A stretch of DNA of 64,000 nt from NCBI GenBank assembly GCA_948806215.1, contig CAQIDI010000001.1, positions 73,115 to 137,114 on the forward strand, written 5' to 3'. Source of the DNA: an uncultured Eubacteriales bacterium (GTDB lineage: Bacteria; Bacillota; Clostridia; Christensenellales; UBA1242). The notes below the pieces were generated by a model. It made no database searches. It was given only the letters and a program-made list of their open reading frames with translations, and had not been told where the DNA came from. How positions within the stretch are numbered: the stretch's first letter is position 1; each line of letters begins with the position of its first letter. Shown here piece by piece: positions 40,435 to 50,796 of the stretch. The position numbers were made by a program, and so were the translations under genes.

Positions 40435-41704
40435 TTCGTTTTATCCTTCCTATAAAAAATCCTTCGGTGTTGCTTATATGTGGTAAAAATGTTTTAAAAT
40501 TTTCTCCTAATGCATCAATACCATAACAATCTACTGGCACAATGCTAAAATTTTTGTGTGATTTTAAAAATTTATTTAAAACTTCTTGATTTTCGTTTGG
40601 ATTAATTGTGCAAGTGCTATAAATAATTTCGCCACCAATTTTAACATATTTACTGTTGTTTTCTAAAATGTTTAATTGAAGCGAACAAAGTTCCTCTAAA
40701 TTTTTTGGTTCGTTTAATAATATATCTGGTTTTTTGTTAATAACGCCCAAGCCAGAGCAAGGAACATCTAATAAAACCACATCAAACATTTCGTTAAATT
40801 CTTGATTAAATAAAGTTGCATTTAACACAGAAGTTTTAATATTTTTTATCTGCATTCGGTTAACATAATTATTAATTAACTCCACTCTGTGTGGGTGAAC
40901 ATCACAAGCGTAAACCAAAGCATTTGGGTTTAGGGTTGCAACATAGCAAGCCTTACCACCTGGGGCTGAGCAAGCGTCCAAAATAACATCACCCTTGCAC
41001 TGCCTTGAAACTAGCATACTGGTTATGCCCTGTGGCGTGTAGAACTTGGTTAGTTCGTTAAGTTTTATTAACTTTTCGTAGTTAACATAAACAGCATCGT
41101 TTAATTTTGAATTTGAATATTCTATGTTATTTTTTTCTAATAATTCTTTAAAATCCTTAACAGAAATAAGATTTGTGTTAATTCTAATATGCGTATTATC
41201 GGTAAGCGAAGTTGAAAGCATATTAACAGTTTGATTCAAACCATAATTATCTAACAAAAACTTAATAAACCAAATTGGTTTAGAATAATTTATCGATAGT
41301 TTTTGTATTTCGGTTAAGTTATTATCTAGAGAAAAATCGGTTTTTAATATGTTTTTTATAACCGCATTAATAAAACCGCTATAAGGTTTTAATTCCGAAT
41401 TTTTTGCAAGGTTAACTAGTTCGTTACCTAATGCAAAATTTGGAATAGAATTAACTTCAAATTTAACAAAGCAAGCAATTTTTAAAATTAATGTTACTTG
41501 TTTTTTAGGTGCTTTTTTATAGAACTGATTTAAGTAATAGCTATATTTCACATCGTTATCAATAACGCCATAAACAATTTTGGTTACCAAACCAAAATTA
41601 ATATCCGCCACCATACTAAACTTGTTTAACTCTAGCGAGCTATAGGCATTATTAAAATATATTTGTTTTAAAATGTTATAACTATAACTTAATTCTTTGT
41701 TCAT
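40427..41704 (-). CDS. rsmB: 16S rRNA (cytosine967-C5)-methyltransferase
   Basis: 425 aa. NusB-like N-terminal domain. SAM motif DACSAPGGK, DVPCSGLG, YSTCT. Confidence 0.85.
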   Translation of the reverse strand: MNKELSYSYNILKQIYFNNAYSSLELNKFSMVADINFGLVTKIVYGVIDNDVKYSYYLNQFYKKAPKKQVTLILKIACFVKFEVNSIPNFALGNELVNLAKNSELKPYSGFINAVIKNILKTDFSLDNNLTEIQKLSINYSKPIWFIKFLLDNYGLNQTVNMLSTSLTDNTHIRINTNLISVKDFKELLEKNNIEYSNSKLNDAVYVNYEKLIKLNELTKFYTPQGITSMLVSRQCKGDVILDACSAPGGKACYVATLNPNALVYACDVHPHRVELINNYVNRMQIKNIKTSVLNATLFNQEFNEMFDVVLLDVPCSGLGVINKKPDILLNEPKNLEELCSLQLNILENNSKYVKIGGEIIYSTCTINPNENQEVLNKFLKSHKNFSIVPVDCYGIDALGENFKTFLPHISNTEGFFIGRIKRND

Positions 41705-41708
41705 AAAA

Positions 41709-42671
41709 TTATTCGCTTAAAACCTTTGATTTAACTTCTATGTGTTTTCCATTTAAATAACTTTTGCTTAACATTGCTTTTCCATTTTCTGGTTGAAGTT
41801 CGATTATGTTTATAAGTCCATCGCAAGATTTAATAACTAACCCAACTTTAGGTTTTGCAACCACAACTTCTCCCACATTAAAATCGCTTAAATTAACATT
41901 AAGATTTTGAATTTCTTGATTAGTTAAACTAGATGCACGAAGCAATTTAAACTTTACTCCATTAATACTAACACTTATTGTTGGCCAAGGGTTAAGCCCA
42001 TTAATTAAACTAGCCAATTGTTTAGCGGGCATATTAAAATCAGCCTTAAATTGGTCCTTTTTAAACATTTTGCATAGGATTACCTCACTCTCGTTTTGAG
42101 GTGTGAATGTTGCAGTGTTATTTTCAATTTGAGTTAAAGCTTCTAATAAGCATTCTGCCCCAAGCGGAGCTAACCTTAAAAACAACTCGCCTGCTGTTTC
42201 GTTTTTATTTATGCTAACCGATTTTTTTAATATTGTTGGACCATCGTCCATACCAATTTGTGTTTTTAGTATTGTTATTCCTGTTTCGGTTTCGCCATTT
42301 ATTATTGCCCACTGAATTGGCGATGCTCCTCTATATTTTGGAAGTAAACTGCCGTGAACATTAATAACTCCGTGTGGAGCAATATCTAAAACTTCTTGAC
42401 TTAATATTTGACCATAAGCACAAGTTACAAAAATATCGGCATTAAGTTTTTTTAATGGTTCAACACCATTTAGCCTAATTTTTTCAAATTGAAAAACTGG
42501 AATATTATGTTTTAGTGCCAGCTTTTTAACTGGTGGAAATTCTAGTTTGCCGTGCCTACCAACAGGTTTATCGGGCTGAGTAACAACACCAACTACTTGA
42601 TGATTACTATTAATTAATGCTTGAAGTGATGGAACAGCAAAATCGGGAGTTCCTAAAAAAACAATTTTCAT
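41709..42671 (-). CDS. fmt: methionyl-tRNA formyltransferase
   Basis: 320 aa. MKIVFLGTPDFAVP, HGSLLPKYRGASPIQ. Confidence 0.95.
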   Translation of the reverse strand: MKIVFLGTPDFAVPSLQALINSNHQVVGVVTQPDKPVGRHGKLEFPPVKKLALKHNIPVFQFEKIRLNGVEPLKKLNADIFVTCAYGQILSQEVLDIAPHGVINVHGSLLPKYRGASPIQWAIINGETETGITILKTQIGMDDGPTILKKSVSINKNETAGELFLRLAPLGAECLLEALTQIENNTATFTPQNESEVILCKMFKKDQFKADFNMPAKQLASLINGLNPWPTISVSINGVKFKLLRASSLTNQEIQNLNVNLSDFNVGEVVVAKPKVGLVIKSCDGLINIIELQPENGKAMLSKSYLNGKHIEVKSKVLSE

Positions 42672-42672
42672 A

Positions 42673-43158
42673 TTACTTTTTGCTTCCTTTATATTCTTCT
42701 TCAGGATTATATAATCTTGTCATTTTATCAATAAACAAAATGCCTTTTAAATGGTCGGTTTCGTGTGAAAGTGCACAAGCCAAATAACCTGTTCCGGTTA
42801 TAACAAATTCGTCGCCATATCTATCACAAGCTTTAACTGTGATTTGTTCTGGACGATTAACATAAGCTTGGCAGTTCTTAACACTTAAGCAACCTTCAAC
42901 ATTTTCTTGAGTTCCAAATTCTTCTAAAATTTCGGGATTAACTAACTCTAAATACATATTATTAACTTCAATAACCACAACTTTTTTTAAAACTCCAACT
43001 TGTGGTGCTGCTAACCCTACCCCATATTTTGCACGCATTGTATCACGCATATCATCTAATAATTGCCAAAGAGATTCGTTAAACTCTCTAACAGGTTTTG
43101 CTTTCTTTCTTAAAAATTCGTTATTTACATCGTTATAAACAATACTTCTTGTTGCCAT
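42673..43158 (-). CDS. def: peptide deformylase
   Basis: 161 aa. GVGLAAPQVG, EGCLS, HETDHL. Confidence 0.95.
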   Translation of the reverse strand: MATRSIVYNDVNNEFLRKKAKPVREFNESLWQLLDDMRDTMRAKYGVGLAAPQVGVLKKVVVIEVNNMYLELVNPEILEEFGTQENVEGCLSVKNCQAYVNRPEQITVKACDRYGDEFVITGTGYLACALSHETDHLKGILFIDKMTRLYNPEEEYKGSKK

Positions 43159-43172
43159 ATTAATTATTTCCT

Positions 43173-45365
43173 TTAACTCAAATTTTGTGGATTTATTTCT
43201 ACAAAAACGCTAACCTTTTGATTTCCGTTGCCAACACATTCAAATATGCTTTGCATAAGATTTTCGTTTTCGTTTTTTACTCTCATTAATATTTGAAATC
43301 TGAATTTATTTTTTATTTTTGTTAACGGCGACCGCATTGCCTCTAAAAAATAAAAATCTGATTTGTTTTTTAATTTTAGGTTTTTTAATTTTAAAAATAA
43401 TTCGTGTGTTAAATCGCGAGCACTATTTTCGGTTTCGGAAGTTATTAAAACTCTTACTATTTTTGAAAATGGTGGAAACGCTGTGGTTTCTCGCAAATTT
43501 ATTTCTTTGTTATAAAAACGAGTGTAATCGTAGTTTAAACAAAGATTATAAACATAATGTTTTGGAAAAAATGTTTGAAGAATAACTTTTCCTTGCTTTT
43601 CTCCGCGTCCGGCTCGACCTGCAACCTGAGTTATTAACTGAAAAGTTTTTTCGGTTGCCATAAAATCGCAGAAAAATAAACTTAAGTCGGCATCTAAAAT
43701 TCCAACAAGAGTAACTAGCGGAAAATCGTGCCCTTTTGCTATCATTTGAGTGCCAACCAAAATTGCAGGTTTACTTTTTTCAAATTCGGTTAAAATTTTT
43801 GCATAAGAATCCTTTGTGGAAATAGTGTCGTTATCCATACGCAAAATTTTAGTTTTAGGAAAATATTCCTTTAATTCCTGAACAACTTTTTCTGTGCCAG
43901 TATTTCCAAGTTTTAAGTGTTGATTTCCGCACATAGGACATTTTGTTAAAACCTTAAAGCGTTTGCCACAATAATGGCATTTTAACATATTATCTTCTTT
44001 GTGATAAACCAACGAAACATCGCAATCGCTACACGATGCAACATAACCGCATTCCTTACACATTAAAAAACTGGAAAATCCCCTACGATTTAAAAACAAT
44101 ATTGCTTGCTCGCCAGCGTTAATGGTGTTTGTTAAATTTTCGATTAGCTCGCTTGAATATAAACTAGTGTTACCCGACCTGAACTCACGAGTCATATCAA
44201 CAATATTAATTGGTGGCATCGGTGCATTATTAACACGATTTTTAAGCGTTATTAAGTTATACTCGCCGGTTTGTGATAAATAATAACTTTCCACCATTGG
44301 TGTTGCACTACCTAAAATTAGGGGGCAAGCATTTGCTTTTGCCCGGAATTTTGCAACCGTGTGAGTATCGTACCTAGGATTACTATCGGACTTATAGGAG
44401 CTATCGTGTTCTTCATCAATTATTATTGCTCCAATATTGGTTAAAGGTGCAAAAATAGCACTTCTTGCTCCAATAGCAATGGTTGCTTCGCCATTTCTTA
44501 GCCTATTCCACTCGTCAAATTTTTCGCCAGCACTAAGCCCAGAATGCAATACTGCAACCAAATTTCCAAATCTTGCCCTAAACTGCTTAACGGTTTTTGG
44601 TGTTAGAGAAATTTCTGGAACAAGCATTATAGCTGATTTTTTTTTATTTAACATTTCACTAATAACACGCATATAAATTTCGGTTTTACCGCTTCCAGTA
44701 ACACCATATAATAAATGTACTTTGTTTTGATTGTTTAAAACTATATTAACTGCATTTTGTTGTTCGTTAGTTAATGTTACATTAATATCGGAAATTTCTT
44801 GATTATTTAATGGCGAACGATTTATTTGTTTTGTTGAAACAATTAAAAATTGCTTTTTGATTAATGCATTAACCGAAGATGCTCCAAATTTTGACCTTAG
44901 AAAAGCCAAATTTGTTAAGCCATTATTTTTAACATAGTTTATAGCATTAATCTGATTTTGGGCGTTGGCTTTTATGTTTGCAAGTTCGCCTGACATATTT
45001 TCGTTAAACAAAACAAATTCTTTAATTTGTTCCTTAACCTTTCCACTTCTAATTTGGCTTGGAAGCACTAACCTAATAACATCTACCATACGCAGGTTAA
45101 AAGTTTGTTTCATAAAATAAATTAAATCGATTAGTTCTGGTAAAATTAATGGTTTATTATCTAAAACTTTTATTATTGGTTTTAATTTTTCGGTTTTAAG
45201 TGAACTGGAATTTTTTAGTTTTATAACATAGCCTTCTATTTGCCTATTGCCAAAAGGTAACAAAACCCTATAACCCACAGTTAATGTTAGGTTATCGGGC
45301 ACGATATAATCAAATATTTTATCTAGCGAACTAGTTAATACATCTACAATTACTTCAGCAATCAT
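43173..45365 (-). CDS. priA: primosomal protein N' (replication restart helicase PriA)
   Basis: Walker A GVTGSGKT, DEEHD, Cys4 zinc motifs (CKECGY...CSDC, CHYCG...CPMCG). The start at ATG 45365 (MIAEVIVDV) lies downstream of the rpoZ terminator. Confidence 0.9.
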   Translation of the reverse strand: MIAEVIVDVLTSSLDKIFDYIVPDNLTLTVGYRVLLPFGNRQIEGYVIKLKNSSSLKTEKLKPIIKVLDNKPLILPELIDLIYFMKQTFNLRMVDVIRLVLPSQIRSGKVKEQIKEFVLFNENMSGELANIKANAQNQINAINYVKNNGLTNLAFLRSKFGASSVNALIKKQFLIVSTKQINRSPLNNQEISDINVTLTNEQQNAVNIVLNNQNKVHLLYGVTGSGKTEIYMRVISEMLNKKKSAIMLVPEISLTPKTVKQFRARFGNLVAVLHSGLSAGEKFDEWNRLRNGEATIAIGARSAIFAPLTNIGAIIIDEEHDSSYKSDSNPRYDTHTVAKFRAKANACPLILGSATPMVESYYLSQTGEYNLITLKNRVNNAPMPPINIVDMTREFRSGNTSLYSSELIENLTNTINAGEQAILFLNRRGFSSFLMCKECGYVASCSDCDVSLVYHKEDNMLKCHYCGKRFKVLTKCPMCGNQHLKLGNTGTEKVVQELKEYFPKTKILRMDNDTISTKDSYAKILTEFEKSKPAILVGTQMIAKGHDFPLVTLVGILDADLSLFFCDFMATEKTFQLITQVAGRAGRGEKQGKVILQTFFPKHYVYNLCLNYDYTRFYNKEINLRETTAFPPFSKIVRVLITSETENSARDLTHELFLKLKNLKLKNKSDFYFLEAMRSPLTKIKNKFRFQILMRVKNENENLMQSIFECVGNGNQKVSVFVEINPQNLS

Positions 45366-45378
45366 TTTATTCCTAATA

Positions 45379-45411
45379 CAAAAAAATCTATTGCAAATTG
45401 CAAGCAATAGA
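45379..45411 (-). terminator. rho-independent terminator after rpoZ
   Basis: Minus strand: TCTATTGC-loop-GCAATAGA followed by T7. Confidence 0.6.
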
Positions 45412-45415
45412 CTTT

Positions 45416-45601
45416 TTATTTTCCAACAATCTCACCTGAAAAAACTTCGTTTACCGCACGAGTTACTTCTGGAACTTCTTCCTTTTCTTTTTCGGTTAAA
45501 CTTTGAGAAAGTAGTTTCGCACGTTTGCTAACAATTACTGCTAGTTTATATGGATTTCCAACTTTTTTAACAAGTGTATCAATAGGTGGTTCTAATAACA
45601 T
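45416..45601 (-). CDS. rpoZ: DNA-directed RNA polymerase subunit omega
   Basis: 61 aa. PIDTLVKKVGNPYKLAVIVSKRAKLL matches the omega core. Confidence 0.85.
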   Translation of the reverse strand: MLLEPPIDTLVKKVGNPYKLAVIVSKRAKLLSQSLTEKEKEEVPEVTRAVNEVFSGEIVGK

Positions 45602-45732
45602 ATACTGCTCCTTAAAAACAATTTACTTAATTATTATAACAACTAAAAATTATTTTATCAAGTAATATAAATATTATTATATTATTATTATTTATAATAA
45701 ACTCGCAAAAAATGCTTTTTAATAGTTAAACA

Positions 45733-45758
45733 ACAAAAAAACACCAGCATAGCTAGTG
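45733..45758 (-). terminator. rho-independent terminator after ligA
   Basis: Minus strand: CACTAGC-TAT-GCTGGTG (one G-U pair) followed by T7. Confidence 0.5.
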
Positions 45759-45764
45759 AATTTT

Positions 45765-47720
45765 TTATTTTAAGCAATTAATAAGTTCGTCTTCATACAT
45801 AATTTTAATGCCCAAGCTTTGTGCTTTATTAAACTTGCTTCCTGCATTTTCTCCAACAATAACTAAATCGGTTTTTGAACTAACCGAACTTGTTACCTTT
45901 GCACCAAATCCTTCTAAAATAGTTGTTAATTCGCTGCGCTTATAGTTTTTTAAATCGCCAGTTAGAACAATTATTTTATTTGTAAAAGCTTGATTTGTTT
46001 TTAATGTTTGAATCGGATAGTTAATTATTAATCCGATGTTAAACAACTGATTAATTAAATTTAATTGCTTTTCATCACGGAAAAATTCGTAAATATTATT
46101 TGCAATAACTTCGCCAATATCGTTTACAACAATTAAATCTTCAACCGTTGCACTCATTAAATTTTCGATAGTTCCAAAATGTTTTGCTAAATCTTTTGCC
46201 GTTTTTTCGCCAACGCCATTAATGCCAAGTGCATAAATAAAATTAGAAAAATTTGGGTTCTTACTTTTTTCTATGCTATTAATTAAATTTAAACTTTTCT
46301 TATCCTTAAAACTTTCCAAATTTAATAAATCGGCAACTGTTATTTTATATAAATCGGCAACTGTGTGAACATTTAAGTTTGTTCTAAGCACAGCAACTGT
46401 TTTTTCGCTAATACCTTCGATATTCATAGCATTTCGTGAGCAATAGTGAGTTATTCTATCCTCTATTTGCTCTGGGCAGCCATAATAATTTGGACAAAAT
46501 AAGTTTGCACCATCTTCTACTAAATTTGCACCACACGAAGGGCAATTTGTTGGTTTTAAAATTGGATAACAGCTATCGTTAAAACTGGCAACACCTAATA
46601 TTTCTGGAATAACTTCGTTACTACGTCGCACAAAAACATTAGCATTAATTTGAACTTTTTTTCGTTGAATATCGCCATAATTATTTAGCGTTGCTCGCTT
46701 TACTGTTGCTCCAGCTAGTTCTATTGGTTCAACAAGCCCAATAGGAGTTATTTTTCCTGTTCTGCCAACCTGCCAAACAACATCTATTAACTTTGTTGTT
46801 AGTTCCTGTGCTTCAAACTTAAAAGCAACAGCCCATTTTGGAAATTTTGATGTGTAACCAATGTCGTTACGCAGTTCGATATTATTTAGTTTTAAAACTG
46901 TACCATCAATTAAAATATCAAGGTTCTTTTTTTCGATATCTATTTTTTGAATTTCGGTTTTGATATCATCAAAATTGTTTAATAACTTGCTATAATTATA
47001 AACTGGAAAACCATTATCTACTAAAAATTGCATAAGCTCAGTTTGGGTACTAAAGGTTTTGCCTTCTATATATGGCACACCATAAAAAAACATATCAAGG
47101 TTACGGCTGCCAGTAACCCTTGGGTCAAGGTTTCTAATTGCTCCGGCTGCAGCATTTCTTGCATTTTTCAATGGTTCAAGTGCAGTTTTGTTATATTCTT
47201 CAAGCACCGAAAGCCTTATCATAGCTTCGCCTTGAACAACTAATTTCCCTTTAAAATTAATAAATAGCGGAATACTTTTTATTGTTAAAACCTGATTGGT
47301 TACTTCTTCCCCCACAAAGCCATTACCCCTAGTTGCAGCTTTAAGCAATTTTCCGTTTTCATAAATAACTGTCATTTGCAAGCCATCAAATTTATATTCT
47401 AATGTGAATTCTTGCTCACCATATTGTTTGTTTATTCCATCTATCCACAATTTTAGTTCTTCAAAAGTGTTACACTTATCTAAACTATAAAGCCTTGAAA
47501 TGTGAGTGTGTTTTTTAAAACCTTCCAGCACAACATCGCCAACTTTTAGAGTTGGACTATCTGGTAGCACCACACCGGTATCGCGTTCTAGGCTTACTAA
47601 TTCATCATAAATTTTATCGTATTCCCTATCGGCAATGGTAGGATTATCTAAAACATAATAGTTATAATTATGCTTATTTATTATTTGTATTAATTCTTTA
47701 ATTCTTTTTATTTTATCCAT
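45765..47720 (-). CDS. ligA: NAD-dependent DNA ligase
   Basis: Adenylation motif KFDG, Cys4 zinc finger CPSCG...CPNYYGC, HhH and BRCT regions. The start at ATG 47720 (MDKIKRI) has AAAGGTG upstream. Confidence 0.95.
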   Translation of the reverse strand: MDKIKRIKELIQIINKHNYNYYVLDNPTIADREYDKIYDELVSLERDTGVVLPDSPTLKVGDVVLEGFKKHTHISRLYSLDKCNTFEELKLWIDGINKQYGEQEFTLEYKFDGLQMTVIYENGKLLKAATRGNGFVGEEVTNQVLTIKSIPLFINFKGKLVVQGEAMIRLSVLEEYNKTALEPLKNARNAAAGAIRNLDPRVTGSRNLDMFFYGVPYIEGKTFSTQTELMQFLVDNGFPVYNYSKLLNNFDDIKTEIQKIDIEKKNLDILIDGTVLKLNNIELRNDIGYTSKFPKWAVAFKFEAQELTTKLIDVVWQVGRTGKITPIGLVEPIELAGATVKRATLNNYGDIQRKKVQINANVFVRRSNEVIPEILGVASFNDSCYPILKPTNCPSCGANLVEDGANLFCPNYYGCPEQIEDRITHYCSRNAMNIEGISEKTVAVLRTNLNVHTVADLYKITVADLLNLESFKDKKSLNLINSIEKSKNPNFSNFIYALGINGVGEKTAKDLAKHFGTIENLMSATVEDLIVVNDIGEVIANNIYEFFRDEKQLNLINQLFNIGLIINYPIQTLKTNQAFTNKIIVLTGDLKNYKRSELTTILEGFGAKVTSSVSSKTDLVIVGENAGSKFNKAQSLGIKIMYEDELINCLK

Positions 47721-47895
47721 TAACATCACCTTTAAATAGTTTATGAATAGTTTTATTTTTTTTATTTAATATTTGACTTTGTTTTTTAGTATTTTTTTTA
47801 AAATTTTATAACTTTTATTTTGTTTTAATTAAAACAAATCAATTTTAATTATTTTAAATTTTAACAACAATTTTAGTGTTATGCAAATTGTTAAA

Positions 47896-50106
47896 TTATT
47901 GCTTCTTTTTTAGGATTTGCAGTGGTGCAAAGTTTAATGATAGAGTTTTAACACCAAAGCCACTAAAGTTAACACTAACACTTGGATTTTGCCCACTAAC
48001 ATCTGACATAGTTATTATTCCCACACCAAATTTTGGATGCAAAACTTGTGTGCCAACTGTGTAACTATCAAACTTTCCTTTTTGATTTGCTAGCTTTTTA
48101 ACAAAAACATCGTTTAAGTTTGTTGACACATTTTCGCTTGTTACTTTTGCATAATTATGCGGTTTATATTCATAATTATGCATATCTTTTTCTGAATTAA
48201 ACCAATTAGAATTAACTTTTGGTTCTAAATCCATTTCAGAAATAAACCTCGATTTTAGAGTTGGCTTTCTGTCGCCATAAATGAACCTTGTTTTTGCATA
48301 GGTTAAATAAACTTGTTTTTTGGCACGAGTTATTGCAACATACATAAGCCTGCGTTCTTCTTCAACTTCCATAACATCGTTAATGGCACGATTCACTGGA
48401 AACAAGCCTTCTTCAATGCCTATAATAAACACATAATCAAATTCCAAACCTTTAGTAGCGTGAATTGTGCTAACCGCAACGCTATTAGAAACATCTTCGG
48501 TTTCATCAACAGAATTTTGCAAAGTTATACTCTCTAAATAATCGCTTAGTTCCGAATTTGGATTTAGGTTTTCAAAGCTTTTAATAGATTGCATTAATTG
48601 TTCGATATTTAGTAACCTATCGGCGTCATCCTCGTCTTGTTTGTTATAAGCACCTTTAATGCCAGTTTTATTTAGCATATCTTCGCATAGTTCACTAAGC
48701 GATTGCTCTAAGTTAATGTTGTTAAAAATATATTTTAGGTCAAAAAGTTTATCCTTAAGAGCTTTTGGCAAATCGTAAGAATCAACATTTTTAACAACCT
48801 CTAGCATACTAATTCCGTGTGATAAAGCAATTTGTTCTATTTTATCAATGCTTGCGTTACCAATGCCACGCTTTGGAAAATTTATAATACGCTTTAAGCT
48901 TTCGTTATCGCGTTCGTTTATAAGCAACCTTAAATATGCCAAAACATTTTTTACTTCGGCACGCTCAAAAAACTTAAAAATGCCGGTTACAACATAAGGA
49001 ATGTTATAACTAAGTAACTTCTCTTCCATAATTCTACTTAGTGCACTTAACCTAAACAAAATTGCAATTTTGTTTGCTTCAACACCACGATTAATTAGGT
49101 TATAAACAACACCTGCAACATAATCAGCTTCTTTTATTTCGTCGTAAGCCGAATAAAGCACAGGTTGATTACCATCTTCGTTGTTAGTCCACAAAACTTT
49201 TTCTATTCGAGATGAGTTATTTTTTATAAGTTTATTTGCAATGCTTAAAATGTTTTTTGTTGACCTATAGTTTTGCTCTAGTTTAAAACATTTAACATTT
49301 TCAAAATCTGACCTAAATGCAACAATGTTTTCGATGTTTGCACCGCGCCAACCATAAATACACTGGTCTTCGTCGCCAACAACAAAAATATTTTTGTGCT
49401 TTCCTGCTAGAAGCTTTGCAATTTTATATTGCACAACATTTGTATCTTGGAATTCATCGATATGAATATATTTAAACCTGTTTTGATAATAAGCTAAAAC
49501 CTGTGGACATTTATTAAATAGTTCCAAGGTTTTAATTAATAAATCGTCAAAATCTAGTGCATTATTGTTTTTAAGTTCGGTTTGATACAATGCATAAACC
49601 TTAACAATATCGGCACTGTTACCTAAAAACGATATAACTTTTCCATAATCATCAGGGTCTAATCCCAAATTTTTTGCTTTATCTATGTGACCACCAAAAT
49701 CCTTTGCATCGGAAGAATCGTAACCCAGCCCAGTTACAATTTTTTTTAAAATTTTATCGCAATCGGAAGTATCGTAAATGGTAAAGAACCTATTAAAACC
49801 TTCTAGATTAGAAATGTTTTCTCTTAAGATTCTGGCACACATACTATGAAATGTAGAAATCCAAATTTCAGTTGCAGTTGGGCAAATTTTTAAAATGCGT
49901 TCCTTCATTTCGTTTGTAGCTTTGTTTGTGAAAGTTATAGCTAAAATATTATAAGGGTTAACATTTTCATCTAAAATAAGGTGGCTAATGCGTTTTGTAA
50001 GCAATCTGGTTTTTCCACTTCCAGCACCTGCTGTTACTAAAATTGCACCATTGGTTTCGAGTGCTGGTTTTAATTGTTCCTCGTTTAAATCTGATAATGT
50101 TAACAC
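47896..50106 (-). CDS. pcrA: ATP-dependent DNA helicase PcrA (UvrD family)
   Basis: 736 aa. AGAGSGKT, DEFQDTN, VGDEDQCIYGWRGA, QNYRS, TIHATKGLEF. GTG start with AGGAG 7 nt upstream. pcrA-ligA pairing as in Bacillus. Confidence 0.9.
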   Translation of the reverse strand: MLTLSDLNEEQLKPALETNGAILVTAGAGSGKTRLLTKRISHLILDENVNPYNILAITFTNKATNEMKERILKICPTATEIWISTFHSMCARILRENISNLEGFNRFFTIYDTSDCDKILKKIVTGLGYDSSDAKDFGGHIDKAKNLGLDPDDYGKVISFLGNSADIVKVYALYQTELKNNNALDFDDLLIKTLELFNKCPQVLAYYQNRFKYIHIDEFQDTNVVQYKIAKLLAGKHKNIFVVGDEDQCIYGWRGANIENIVAFRSDFENVKCFKLEQNYRSTKNILSIANKLIKNNSSRIEKVLWTNNEDGNQPVLYSAYDEIKEADYVAGVVYNLINRGVEANKIAILFRLSALSRIMEEKLLSYNIPYVVTGIFKFFERAEVKNVLAYLRLLINERDNESLKRIINFPKRGIGNASIDKIEQIALSHGISMLEVVKNVDSYDLPKALKDKLFDLKYIFNNINLEQSLSELCEDMLNKTGIKGAYNKQDEDDADRLLNIEQLMQSIKSFENLNPNSELSDYLESITLQNSVDETEDVSNSVAVSTIHATKGLEFDYVFIIGIEEGLFPVNRAINDVMEVEEERRLMYVAITRAKKQVYLTYAKTRFIYGDRKPTLKSRFISEMDLEPKVNSNWFNSEKDMHNYEYKPHNYAKVTSENVSTNLNDVFVKKLANQKGKFDSYTVGTQVLHPKFGVGIITMSDVSGQNPSVSVNFSGFGVKTLSLNFAPLQILKKKQ

Positions 50107-50182
50107 AAAAAAACTCCTAAATTAAATACTAACTTATTGTATCAAATTTAGAAGTTATAGGCAATTTATAATGGGTTAAAAC

Positions 50183-50569
50183 TTAACCAATTTTAACCGC
50201 CAAATTTTGGTTATATTCGTTTTTAATTTTATTGTATTTATCAACTATACTCAAAACATAAAATTGCTTTTGAATATCGTTTAAAGTTGTGTATAGCTGA
50301 TTATCAATTAATCGCCCAATGGGATTAAATATTTCTTCGTTGCTATTTAACATTGCGTGAACTTTTGCAACAAATTTTGGGTCGATATCGTCGTTTATAA
50401 TAACAAACTCGGCAGTTCCTGATAGCTTTTTTAGTGAGTTTAAATTTTTAATAAAATAACTATTAATGTTCATAGCATTTTTAGCCTTTGTTTTTTCGGC
50501 GTTAGTATAAAGACCACGCTTTAATCTTTCTTTTGCTTTGGTTGCCATATCCTTTAAATTGTTGTTCAT
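50183..50569 (-). CDS. hypothetical protein
   Basis: 128 aa from the ATG at 50569 (MNNNLKDM), with GGAGG 8 nt upstream. The ORF-track TTG start is the SD itself. No recognisable motif. Confidence 0.6.
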   Translation of the reverse strand: MNNNLKDMATKAKERLKRGLYTNAEKTKAKNAMNINSYFIKNLNSLKKLSGTAEFVIINDDIDPKFVAKVHAMLNSNEEIFNPIGRLIDNQLYTTLNDIQKQFYVLSIVDKYNKIKNEYNQNLAVKIG

Positions 50570-50734
50570 TTTAACTTCCTCCAAAACTGATAGTTAGCCA
50601 AATTTTAGCACAGTTTGTTTAGGGCGTTAAACAAAAAATACAATAAAAAAGACAAGGTATAAAACTAGTCAAAAAACCTTTTTATTCGACAAAATTCTTT
50701 TGGTTAAAATGGCTAAATTTAGTTTAATATGAAT

Positions 50735-50762
50735 AAAAAAAGCACCAATAAATTTGATGCTT
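50735..50762 (-). terminator. rho-independent terminator after the kinase-like gene
   Basis: Minus strand: AAGCATCAA-loop-TTGGTGCTT followed by T7. Confidence 0.6.
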
Positions 50763-50796
50763 TTATTTTAGTTTAAAATATAACTAATTAAAAATA

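Noticed and set aside
47819-47838. Perfect 20-bp palindrome TTTGTTTTAATTAAAACAAA between pcrA and ligA
   Set aside because: It is composed almost entirely of A/T, lacks a following U-run on the transcribed strand, and is not repeated elsewhere in the window. It is most simply a weak hairpin or chance palindrome in very AT-rich spacer DNA.
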